Part shown: positions 13,652 to 27,029 of the stretch, in pieces | How the letters are laid out: each line of letters opens with the position of its first letter | How positions within the stretch are numbered: the stretch's first letter is position 1 | Assembly: GCA_964016885.1 (NCBI GenBank) | Contig: OZ024740.1 | Span: forward strand, 228,594,001-228,658,000 | Origin: Eledone cirrhosa | Taxonomy: Eukaryota | Length of the DNA: 64,000 bases | Direction of reading: 5' to 3' | The notes under the pieces: model-generated | What the model saw: the letters and a program-made list of their open reading frames with translations, nothing else | Told to the model about the DNA's origin: nothing | Databases searched by the model: none | Made by a program: the position numbers and the translations under genes

Positions 13652-16600
13652 AAGAGTCATTTTAGTCATTGAACACAAATACAGTGTACAATAGTCATAT
13701 TAGTCATTGAACACAGTTAGAGTGTACAAGAGTCATTTTAGTCATTGAACACAATTACAGTGTACAATAGTTATATTAGTCATTGAACACAATTACAGTG
13801 TACAAGAGTAATTTTAGTCATTGAACACAATTACAGTGTACAAGAGTCATTTTAGTCATTGTACACAATTACAGTGTACAATAGTCATTTTAGTCATTCA
13901 ACACAATTACAGTGTACAATAGTCATTTTAGTCATTGAACACAATTACAGTGTACAATAGTCATTTTAGTCATTGTACACAATTACAGTGTACAAGAGTC
14001 ATTTTAGTCATTGAACACAATTACAGTGTACAATAGTCATTTTAGTCATTGAACACAATTACAGTGTACAAGAGTCATTTTAGTCATTGTACACAATTAC
14101 AGTGTACAATAGTCATTTTAGTCATTCAACACAATTACAGTGTACAATAGTCATTTTAGTCATTGTACACAATTACAGTGTACAATAGTCATTTTAGTCA
14201 TTGAACACAATTACTGTGTACAATAGTCATTTTAGTCATTGAACACAATTACAGTGTACAATAGTCATTTTAGTCATCGTACACAACTACAGTGTACAAT
14301 AGTCATTTTAGTCATTGTACACAATTACAGTGTACAATAGTCATTTTAGTCATTGAACACAATTACAGTGTACAATAGTCATTTTAGTCATTGAACACAA
14401 TTACCGTGTACAATAGTCATTTTAGTCATTGGACACAATTACAGTGTACAATAGTCATTTTAGTCATAGAACACAATTACAGTGTACAATAGTCATTTTA
14501 GTCATTGAACACAATTACAGTGTACAAGAGTCATTTTAGTCATTGAACAGAATTACAGTGTACAATAGTCATTTTAGTCATTGAACACAATTACAATGTA
14601 CAATAGTCATTTTAGTCATTGAACACAATTACAGTGTACAATAGTCATTTTAGTCATTGAACACAATTACAGTGTACAATAGTCATTTTAGTCATTGAAC
14701 ACAATTACAGTGTACAATAGTCATTTTAGTCATTGAACACAATTACAGTGTACAAGAGTCATTTTAGTCATTGAACACAATTACAGTGTACAAGAGTCAT
14801 TTTAGTCATTGAACACAATTACAGTGTACAAGAGCCATTTTAGTCATTGAACACAATTACAGTGTACAATAGTCATATTAGTCATTGAAGACAATTACAG
14901 TGTACAACAGTCATTTTAGTCATTGAACACAATTACAGTGTACAATAGTTTATATTAGTCATTGAACACAATTACAGTGTACAAGAGTCATTTTAGTCAT
15001 TGAACACAATTACAGTGTACAATAGTCATTTTAGTCATTGAACACAATTACAGTGTACAATAGTCATTTTAGTCATTGAACACAATTACAGTGTACAATA
15101 GTCATTTTATTCATTGAACACAATTACAGTGTACAATAGTCATTTTAGTCATTGAACACAATTACAGTGTACAATAGTCATTTTAGTCATTGAACACAAT
15201 TACAGTGTACAATAGCCATTTTAGTCATTGAACTCAATTACAGTGTACAATAGTCATTTTAGTCATTGAACAGAATTACAGTGTACAATAGTCATTTTAG
15301 TCATTGAACACAATTACAGTGTACAATAGTCATTTTAGTCATTGAACACAATTACAGTGTACAATAGTCATTTTAGTCATTGTACACAAATACAGTGTAC
15401 AATAGTTATTTTAGTCATTGAACACAATTACAGTGTACAATAGTCATATTAGTCATTGAACACAATTACAGTGTACAATAGTCATTTTAGTCATTGAACA
15501 CAATTACAGTGTACAATAGTCATTTTAGTCATCGTACACAACTACAGTGTACAATAGTCATTTTAGTCATTGTACACAATTACAGTGTACAATAGTCATT
15601 TTAGTCATTGAACACAATTACAGTGTACAATAGTCATTTTAGTCATTGAACACAATTACAGTGTACAATGGTCATTTTAGTCATTGAACACAATTACAGT
15701 GTACAATAGTCATTTTAGTCATTGGACACAATTACAGTGTACAATAGTCATTTTAGTCATAGAACACAATTACAGTGTACAATAGTCATTTTAGTCATTG
15801 AACACAATTACAGTGTACAATAGTCATTTTAGTCATTGTACACAATTACAGTGTACAATAGTCATATTAGTCATTGAACACAATTACAGTGTACAATAGT
15901 CATTTTAGTCATTGAACACAATTACAGTGTACAATAGTCATTTTAGTCATTGAACACAATTACAGTGTACAATAGTCATTTTAGTCATTGAACTCAATTA
16001 CTGTGTACAATAGTCATTTTAGTCATTGAACTCAATTACAGTGTACAATAGTCATTTTAGTCATTGAACACAATTACAGTGTACAATAGTCATTTTAGTC
16101 ATTGAACAGAATTACAGTGTACAATAGTCATTTTAGTCATTGAACTCAATTACAGTGTACAATAGTCATTTTAGTCATTGAACACAATTACAGTGTACAA
16201 TAGTCATATTAGTCATTGTACACAATTACAGTGTACAATAGTCATTTTAGTCATTGAACACAATTACAGTTTACAATAGTCATTTTAGTCATTGAACACA
16301 ATTACAGTGTACAATAGTCATTTTAGTCATTGAACACAATTACAGTGTACAAGAGTCATTTTAGTCATTGAACACAATTACAGTGTACAATAGTCATTTT
16401 AGTCATTGAACACAATTACAGTGTACAAGAGTCATTTTAGTCATTGAACACAATTACAGTGTACAATAGTCATATTAGTCATTGAACACAATTAGAGTGT
16501 ACAAGAGTCATTTTAGTCATTGAACACAATTACAGTGTACAATAGTTATATTAGTCATTGAACACAATTACAGTGTACAAGAGTCATTTTAGTCATTGAA

Positions 16601-19600
16601 CACAATTACAGTGTACAATAGCCATTTTAGTCATTGAACACAATTACAGTGTACAATAGTCAATTTAGTCGTTGAACACAATTACAGTGTACAATAGTCA
16701 TTTTAGTCATTGAACACAATTACAGTGTACAATAGTCATTTTAGTCATTGAACACAATTACAGTGTACAATAGTCATTTTAGTCATTGAACACAATTACA
16801 GTGTACAATAGTCATTTTAGTCATTGAACACAATTACAGTGTACAATAGTCATTTTAGTCATTGAACACAATTACAGTGTACAATAGTCATTTTAGTCAT
16901 TGTACACAATTACAGTGTAAAATAGTTATTTTAGTCATTGAACACAATTACAGTGTTCAAGAGTCATTTTAGTCATTGAACACAATTACAGTGTACATTA
17001 GTCATTTTAGTCATTGAACACAATTACAGTGTACAAGAGTCATTTTAGTCATTGAACACAATTACAGTGTACAATAGTCATTTTAGTCATTGAACACAAT
17101 TACAGTGTACAAGAGTCATTTTAGTCATTGAACACAAATACAGTGTACAATAGTCATATTAGTCATTGAACACAGTTAGAGTGTACAAGAGTCATTTTAG
17201 TCATTGAACACAATTACAGTGTACAATAGTTATATTAGTCATTGAACACAATTACAGTGTACAAGAGTAATTTTAGTCATTGAACACAATTACAGTGTAC
17301 AAGAGTCATTTTAGTCATTGTACACAATTACAGTGTACAATAGTCATTTTAGTCATTCAACACAATTACAGTGTACAATAGTCATTTTAGTCATTGAACA
17401 CAATTACAGTGTACAATAGTCATTTTAGTCATTGTACACAATTACAGTGTACAAGAGTCATTTTAGTCATTGAACACAATTACAGTGTACAATAGTCATT
17501 TTAGTCATTGAACACAATTACAGTGTACAAGAGTCATTTTAGTCATTGTACACAATTACAGTGTACAATAGTCATTTTAGTCATTCAACACAATTACAGT
17601 GTACAATAGTCATTTTAGTCATTGTACACAATTACAGTGTACAATAGTCATTTTAGTCATTGAACACAATTACTGTGTACAATAGTCATTTTAGTCATTG
17701 AACACAATTACAGTGTACAATAGTCATTTTAGTCATCGTACACAACTACAGTGTACAATAGTCATTTTAGTCATTGTACACAATTACAGTGTACAATACT
17801 CATTTTAGTCATTGAACACAATTACAGTGTACAATAGTCATTTTAGTCATTGAACACAATTACCGTGTACAATAGTCATTTTAGTCATTGGACACAATTA
17901 CAGTGTACAATAGTCATTTTAGTCATAGAACACAATTACAGTGTACAATAGTCATTTTAGTCATTGAACACAATTACAGTGTACAAGAGTCATTTTAGTC
18001 ATTGAACAGAATTACAGTGTACAATAGTCATTTTAGTCATTGAACACAATTACAATGTACAATAGTCATTTTAGTCATTGAACACAATTACAGTGTACAA
18101 TAGTCATTTTAGTCATTGAACACAATTACAGTGTACAATAGTCATTTTAGTCATTGAACACAATTACAGTGTACAATAGTCATTTTAGTCATTGAACACA
18201 ATTACAGTGTACAAGAGTCATTTTAGTCATTGAACACAATTACAGTGTACAAGAGTCATTTTAGTAATTGAACACAATTACAGTGTACAAGAGCCATTTT
18301 AGTCATTGAACACAATTACAGTGTACAATAGTCATATTAGTCATTGAAGACAATTACAGTGTACAACAGTCATTTTAGTCATTGAACACAATTACAGTGT
18401 ACAATAGTTTATATTAGTCATTGAACACAATTACAGTGTACAAGAGTCATTTTAGTCATTGAACACAATTACAGTGTACAATAGTCATTTTAGTCATTGA
18501 ACACAATTACAGTGTACAATAGTCATTTTAGTCATTGAACACAATTACAGTGTACAATAGTCATTTTATTCATTGAACACAATTACAGTGTACAATAGTC
18601 ATTTTAGTCATTGAACACAATTACAGTGTACAATAGTCATTTTAGTCATTGAACACAATTACAGTGTACAATAGCCATTTTAGTCATTGAACTCAATTAC
18701 AGTGTACAATAGTCATTTTAGTCATTGAACAGAATTACAGTGTACAATAGTCATTTTAGTCATTGAACACAATTACAGTGTACAATAGTCATTTTAGTCA
18801 TTGAACACAATTACTGTGTACAATAGTCATTTTAGTCATTGTACACAAATACAGTGTACAATAGTTATTTTAGTCATTGAACACAATTACAGTGTACAAT
18901 AGTCATATTAGTCATTGAACACAATTACAGTGTACAATAGTCATTTTAGTCATTGAACACAATTACAGTGTACAATAGTCATTTTAGTCATCGTACACAA
19001 CTACAGTGTACAATAGTCATTTTAGTCATTGTACACAATTACAGTGTACAATAGTCATTTTAGTCATTGAACACAATTACAGTGTACAATAGTCATTTTA
19101 GTCATTGAACACAATTACAGTGTACAATGGTCATTTTAGTCATTGAACACAATTACAGTGTACAATAGTCATTTTAGTCATTGGACACAATTACAGTGTA
19201 CAATAGTCATTTTAGTCATTGTACACAATTACAGTGTACAATAGTCATATTAGTCATTGAACACAATTACAGTGTACAATAGTCATTTTAGTCATTGAAC
19301 ACAATTACAGTGTACAATAGTCATTTTAGTCATTGAACACAATTACAGTGTACAATAGTCATTTTAGTCATTGAACTCAATTACTGTGTACAATAGTCAT
19401 TTTAGTCATTGAACTCAATTACAGTGTACAATAGTCATTTTAGTCATTGAACACAATTACAGTGTACAATAGTCATTTTAGTCATTGAACAGAATTACAG
19501 TGTACAATAGTCATTTTAGTCATTGAACTCAATTACAGTGTACAATAGTCATTTTAGTCATTGAACACAATTACAGTGTACAATAGTCATATTAGTCATT

Positions 19601-22600
19601 GTACACAATTACAGTGTACAATAGTCATTTTAGTCATTGAACACAATTACAGTGTACAATAGTCATTTTAGTCATTGAACACAATTACAGTGTACAATAG
19701 TCATTTTAGTCATTGAACACAATTACAGTGTACAAGAGTCATTTTAGTCATTGAACACAATTACAGTGTACAATAGTCATTTTAGTCATTGAACACAATT
19801 ACAGTGTACAAGAGTCATTTTAGTCATTGAACACAATTACAGTGTACAATAGTCATATTAGTCATTGAACACAATTAGAGTGTACAAGAGTCATTTTAGT
19901 CATTGAACACAATTACAGTGTACAATAGTTATATTAGTCATTGAACACAATTACAGTGTACAATAGTCATTTTAGTCATTGAACACAATTACAGTGTACA
20001 ATAGCCATTTTAGTCATTGAACACAATTACAGTGTACAATAGTCAATTTAGTCGTTGAACACAATTACAGTGTACAATAGTCATTTTAGTCATTGAACAC
20101 AATTACAGTGTACAATAGTCATTTTAGTCATTGTACACAAATACAGTGTACAATAGTTATTTTAGTCATTGAACACAATTACAGTGTACAATAGTCATAT
20201 TAGTCATTGAACACAATTACAGTGTACAATAGTCATTTTAGTCATTGAACACAATTACAGTGTACAATAGTCATTTTAGTCATCGTACACAACTACAGTG
20301 TACAATAGTCATTTTAGTCATTGTACACAATTACAGTGTACAATAGTCATTTTAGTCATTGAACACAATTACAGTGTACAATAGTCATTTTAGTCATTGA
20401 ACACAATTACAGTGTACAATGGTCATTTTAGTCATTGAACACAATTACAGTGTACAATAGTCATTTTAGTCATTGGACACAATTACAGTGTACAATAGTC
20501 ATTTTAGTCATTGTACACAATTACAGTGTACAATAGTCATATTAGTCATTGAACACAATTACAGTGTACAATAGTCATTTTAGTCATTGAACACAATTAC
20601 AGTGTAAAATAGTTATTTTAGTCATTGAACACAATTACAGTGTACAATAGTCATATTAGTCATTGAACACAATTACAGTGTACAATAGTCATTTTAGTCA
20701 TTGAACACAATTACAGTGTACAATAGTCATTTTAATCATTGAAAACAATTACAGTGTACAATAGTCATTTTAGTCATTGTACACAATTACAGTGTACAAT
20801 AGTCACTTTAGTCATTGAACACAATTAGAGTGTACAATACTCATTTTAGTCATTGAACACAATTACAGTGTACAATAGTCATTTTAGTCATTGAACACAA
20901 TTGCAGTGTACAATACTCATTTTAGTCATTGAACACAATTACAGTGTACAATAGTCATTTTAGTCATTGAACACAATTACAGTGTACAATAGTCATTTTA
21001 GTCATTGTACACAATTACAGTGTACAATAGTCATTTTAGTTATTGAACACAATTACAGTGTACAATAGTCATTTTAGTCAATGAACACAATTATAGTGTA
21101 CAATAGTCATTTTAGTTATTGAACACAATTACAGTGTACAATAGTCATGTTAGTCATTGAAACACAATTACAGTGTTCAAGAGTCATTTTAGTCATTGAA
21201 CACAATTACAGTGTACATTAGTCATTTTAGTCATTGAACACAATTACAGTGTACAAGAGTCATTTTAGTCATTGAACACAATTACAGTGTACAATAGTCA
21301 TTTTAGTCATTGAACACAATTACAGTGTACAAGAGTCATTTTAGTCATTGAACACAAATACAGTGTACAATAGTCATATTAGTCATTGAACACAATTAGA
21401 GTGTACAAGAGTCATTTTAGTCATTGAACACAATTACAGTGTACAATAGTTATATTAGTCATTGAACACAATTACAGTGTACAAGAGTAATTTTAGTCAT
21501 TGAACACAATTACAGTGTACAAGAGTCATTTTAGTCATTGTACACAATTACAGTGTACAATAGTCATTTTAGTCATTCAACACAATTACAGTGTACAATA
21601 GTCATTTTAGTCATTGAACACAATTACAGTGTACAATAGTCATTTTAGTCATTGTACACAATTACAGTGTACAAGAGTCATTTTAGTCATTGAACACAAT
21701 TACAGTGTACAATAGTCATTTTAGTCATTGAACACAATTACAGTGTACAAGAGTCATTTTAGTCATTGTACACAATTACAGTGTACAATAGTCATTTTAG
21801 TCATTCAACACAATTACAGTGTACAATAGTCATTTTAGTCATTGTACACAATTACAGTGTACAATAGTCATTTTAGTCATTGAACACAATTACTGTGTAC
21901 AATAGTCATTTTAGTCATTGAACACAATTACAGTGTACAATAGTCATTTTAGTCATCGTACACAACTACAGTGTACAATAGTCATTTTAGTCATTGTACA
22001 CAATTACAGTGTACAATAGTCATTTTAGTCATTGAACACAATTACAGTGTACAATAGTCATTTTAGTCATTGAACACAATTACCGTGTACAATAGTCATT
22101 TTAGTCATTGGACACAATTACAGTGTACAATAGTCATTTTAGTCATAGAACACAATTACAGTGTACAATAGTCATTTTAGTCATTGAACACAATTACAGT
22201 GTACAAGAGTCATTTTAGTCATTGAACAGAATTACAGTGTACAATAGTCATTTTAGTCATTGAACACAATTACAATGTACAATAGTCATTTTAGTCATTG
22301 AACACAATTACAGTGTACAATAGTCATTTTAGTCATTGAACACAATTACAGTGTACAATAGTCATTTTAGTCATTGAACACAATTACAGTGTACAATAGT
22401 CATTTTAGTCATTGAACACAATTACAGTGTACAAGAGTCATTTTAGTCATTGAACACAATTACAGTGTACAAGAGTCATTTTAGTCATTGAACACAATTA
22501 CAGTGTACAAGAGCCATTTTAGTCATTGAACACAATTACAGTGTACAATAGTCATATTAGTCATTGAAGACAATTACAGTGTACAACAGTCATTTTAGTC

Positions 22601-23650
22601 ATTGAACACAATTACAGTGTACAATAGTTTATATTAGTCATTGAACACAATTACAGTGTACAAGAGTCATTTTAGTCATTGAACACAATTACAGTGTACA
22701 ATAGTCATTTTAGTCATTGAACACAATTACAGTGTACAATAGTCATTTTAGTCATTGAACACAATTACAGTGTACAATAGTCATTTTATTCATTGAACAC
22801 AATTACAGTGTACAATAGTCATTTTAGTCATTGAACACAATTACAGTGTACAATAGTCATTTTAGTCATTGAACACAATTACAGTGTACAATAGCCATTT
22901 TAGTCATTGAACTCAATTACAGTGTACAATAGTCATTTTAGTCATTGAACAGAATTACAGTGTACAATAGTCATTTTAGTCATTGAACACAATTACAGTG
23001 TACAATAGTCATTTTAGTCATTGAACACAATTACAGTGTACAATAGTCATTTTAGTCATTGTACACAAATACAGTGTACAATAGTTATTTTAGTCATTGA
23101 ACACAATTACAGTGTACAATAGTCATATTAGTCATTGAACACAATTACAGTGTACAATAGTCATTTTAGTCATTGAACACAATTACAGTGTACAATAGTC
23201 ATTTTAGTCATCGTACACAACTACAGTGTACAATAGTCATTTTAGTCATTGTACACAATTACAGTGTACAATAGTCATTTTAGTCATTGAACACAATTAC
23301 AGTGTACAATAGTCATTTTAGTCATTGAACACAATTACAGTGTACAATGGTCATTTTAGTCATTGAACACAATTACAGTGTACAATAGTCATTTTAGTCA
23401 TTGGACACAATTACAGTGTACAATAGTCATTTTAGTCATAGAACACAATTACAGTGTACAATAGTCATTTTAGTCATTGAACACAATTACAGTGTACAAT
23501 AGTCATTTTAGTCATTGTACACAATTACAGTGTACAATAGTCATATTAGTCATTGAACACAATTACAGTGTACAATAGTCATTTTAGTCATTGAACACAA
23601 TTACAGTGTACAATAGTCATTTTAGTCATTGAACACAATTACAGTGTACA
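12921..23650 (+). repeat. ~3.0-3.5-kb higher-order unit in three copies (~13490-16949, 16950-~20110, 20600-~23650)
   Basis: The marker TTACCGTGTA lies at 14401, 17860 and 22080 (offsets 3459 = 91 monomers + 1, and 4220 = 111 monomers + 2). TACAATGTAC, AAGAGCCATT and GTACAATGG are co-linear. The third copy matches 12921-~15970 at offset 7679. Confidence 0.85.
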
Positions 23651-26600
23651 ATAGTCATATTAGTCATTGAACACAATTACAGTGTACAAGAGTCATTTTA
23701 GTCATTGAACACAATTACATTGTACAATAGTCATTTTAGTCATTGAACACAATTACAGTGTACAAGAGTCATTTTAGTCATTGAACACAATTACAGTGTA
23801 CAATAGTCATTTAAGTCATTGAACACAATTACAGTGTACAAGAGTCATTTTAGTCATTGTACACAATTACAGTGTACAAGAGTCATTTTAGGCATTGTAC
23901 ACAATTACAGTGTACAAGAGTCATTTTAGTCATTGAACACAATTACAGTGTACAATAGTTATATTAGTCATTGAACACAATTACAGTGTACAAGAGTTAT
24001 TTTAGTCATTGTACACAATTACAGTGTACAAGAGTCATTTTAGTCATTGTACACAATTACGGTGTACAAGAGTCATTTTAGTCATTGTACACAATTACAG
24101 TGTACAAGAGTCATTTTAGTCATTGAACACAATTACAGTGTACAATAGTCATTTTAGTCATTGTACACAATTACAGTGTACAAGAGTCATTTTAGTCATT
24201 GAACACAATTACAGTGTACAATAGTTATATTAGTCATTGAACACAATTACAGTGTACAATAGTCATTTTAGTCATTGAACACAATTACAGTGTACAATAG
24301 TCATTTTAGTCATTGAACACAATTACAGTGTACAAGAGTCATTTTAGTCATTGAACACAATTACAGTGTACAATAGTCATGTTAGTCATTGAAACACAAT
24401 TACAGTGTACAAGAGTCATTTTAGTCATTGAACACAATTACAGTGTACAATAGTCATTTTAGTCATTGAACACAATTACAGTGTACAAGAGTCATTTTAG
24501 TCATTGTACACAATTACAGTGTACAATAGTCATTTTAGTCATTGAACACAATTACAGTGTACAATAGTCATTTTAGTCATTGAACACAATTACAGTGTAC
24601 AATAGTCATTTTAGTCATTCAACACAATTACAGTGTACAATAGTCATTTTAGTCATTGTACACAATTACAGTGTACAATAGTCATTTTAGTCATTGAACA
24701 CAATTACTGTGTACAATAGTCATTTTAGTCATTGAACACAATTACAGTGTACAATAGTCATTTTAGTCATTGTACACAACTACAGTGTACAATAGTCATT
24801 TTAGTCATTGTACACAATTACAGTGTACAATAGTCATTTTAGTCATTGAACACAATTACAGTGTACAATAGTCATTTTAGTCATTGAACACAATTACAGT
24901 GTACAATAGTCATTTTAGTCATTGAACACAATTACAGTGTACAATAGTCATTTTAGTCATTGAACACAATTACAGTGTACAATAGTCATTTTAGTCATAG
25001 AACACAATTACAGTGTACAATAGTCATTTTAGTCATTGAACACAATTACAGTGTACAATAGTCATTTTAGTCATTGTACACAATTACAGTGTACAATAGT
25101 CATATTAGTCATTGAACACAATTACAGTGTACAATAGTCATTTTAGTATTTGAACACAATCACAGTGTACAATAGTCATTTTAGTCATTGAACACAATTA
25201 CAGTGTACAATAGTCATATTAGTCATTGAACAAAATTACAGTGTACAAGAGTCATTTTAGTCATTGAACACAATTACATTGTACAATAGTCATTTTAGTC
25301 ATTGAACACAATTACAGTGTACAAGAGTCATTTTAGTCATTGAACACAATTACAGTGTACAATAGTCATTTAAGTCATTGAACACAATTACAGTGTACAA
25401 GAGTCATTTTAGTCATTGAACACAATTACAGTGTACAATAGTTATATTAGTCATTGAACACAATTACAGTGTACAATAGTCATTTTAGTCATTGTACACA
25501 ATTACAGTGTACAAGAGTCATTTTAGTCATTGAACACAATTACAGTGTACAATAGTTATATTAGTCATTGAACACAATTACAGTGTACAATAGTCATTTT
25601 AGTCATTGTACACAATTACAGTGTACAAGAGTCATTTTAGTCATTGTACACAATTACAGTGTACAAGAGTCATTTTAGTCATTGAACACAATTACAGTGT
25701 ACAATAGTCATTTTAGTCATTGTACACAATTACAGTGTACAAGAGTCATTTTAGTCATTGAACACAATTACAGTGTACAATAGTTATATTAGTCATTGAA
25801 CACAATTACAGTGTACAATAGTCATTTTAGTCATTGAACACAATTACAGTGTACAAGAGTCATTTTAGTCATTGAACACAATTACAGTGTACAATAGTCA
25901 TTTTAGTCATTGAACACAATTACAGTGTACAATAGTCATTTTAGTCATTGAACACAATTACAGTGTACAATAGTCATTTTAATCATTGAACACAATTACA
26001 GTGTACAATAGTCATTTTAGTCATTGAACACAATTACAGTGTACAATAGTCATTTTAGTCATTGAACACAATTACAGTGTACAATAGTCATTTTAGTCAT
26101 TGAACTCAATTACAGTGTACAATAGTCATTTTAGTCATTGAACACAATTACAGTGTACAATAGTCATTTTAGTCATTGAACACAATTACAGTGTGCAATA
26201 GTCATTTTAGTCATTGAACACAATTACAGTGTACAATAATCATGTTAGTCATTGAACACAATTACAGTGTACAATAGTCATTTTAGTCATTGAACACGAT
26301 TACAGTGTACAATAGTCATTTTAGTCATTCAACACAATTACAGTGTACAATAGTCATGTTATTCATTGAACACAATTATAGTGTACAATAGTCATTTTAG
26401 TCAATGAACACAATTATAGTGTACAATAGTCATTTTAGTTATTGAACACAATTACAGTGTACAATAGTCATTTTACTCATTGAAACACAATTACAGTGTA
26501 CAATAGTCATTTTAGTCATTGAACACAATTACAGTGTACAATAGTCATTTTAGTCATTGAACACAATTACAGTGTTCAATAGTCATTTTAGTCATTGAAC

Positions 26601-27029
26601 ACAATTACAGTGTACAATAGTCATTTTAGTCATTGAACACAATTACAGTGTCCATAGTCATTTTAGTCATTGAACACAATTACAGTGTACAATAGTCATT
26701 TTAGTCATTGAACACAATTACAGTGTTCAATATTCATTTTAGTCATTGAACACAATTACAGTGTACAATAGTCATTTTAGTCATTCAACACAATTACAGT
26801 GTACAATAGTCATTTTAATCATTGAACACAATTACAGTGTACAATAGTCATTTTAGTCATTGAACACAATTACAGTGTACAATAGTCATTTTAGTCATTG
26901 TACACAATTACAGTGTACAATAGTCATTTTAGTCATTGTACACAATTACAGTGTACAATAGTCATTTTAGTCATTGTACACAATTACAGTGTACAATAGT
27001 CATTTTATTCATTGTACACAATTACAGTG

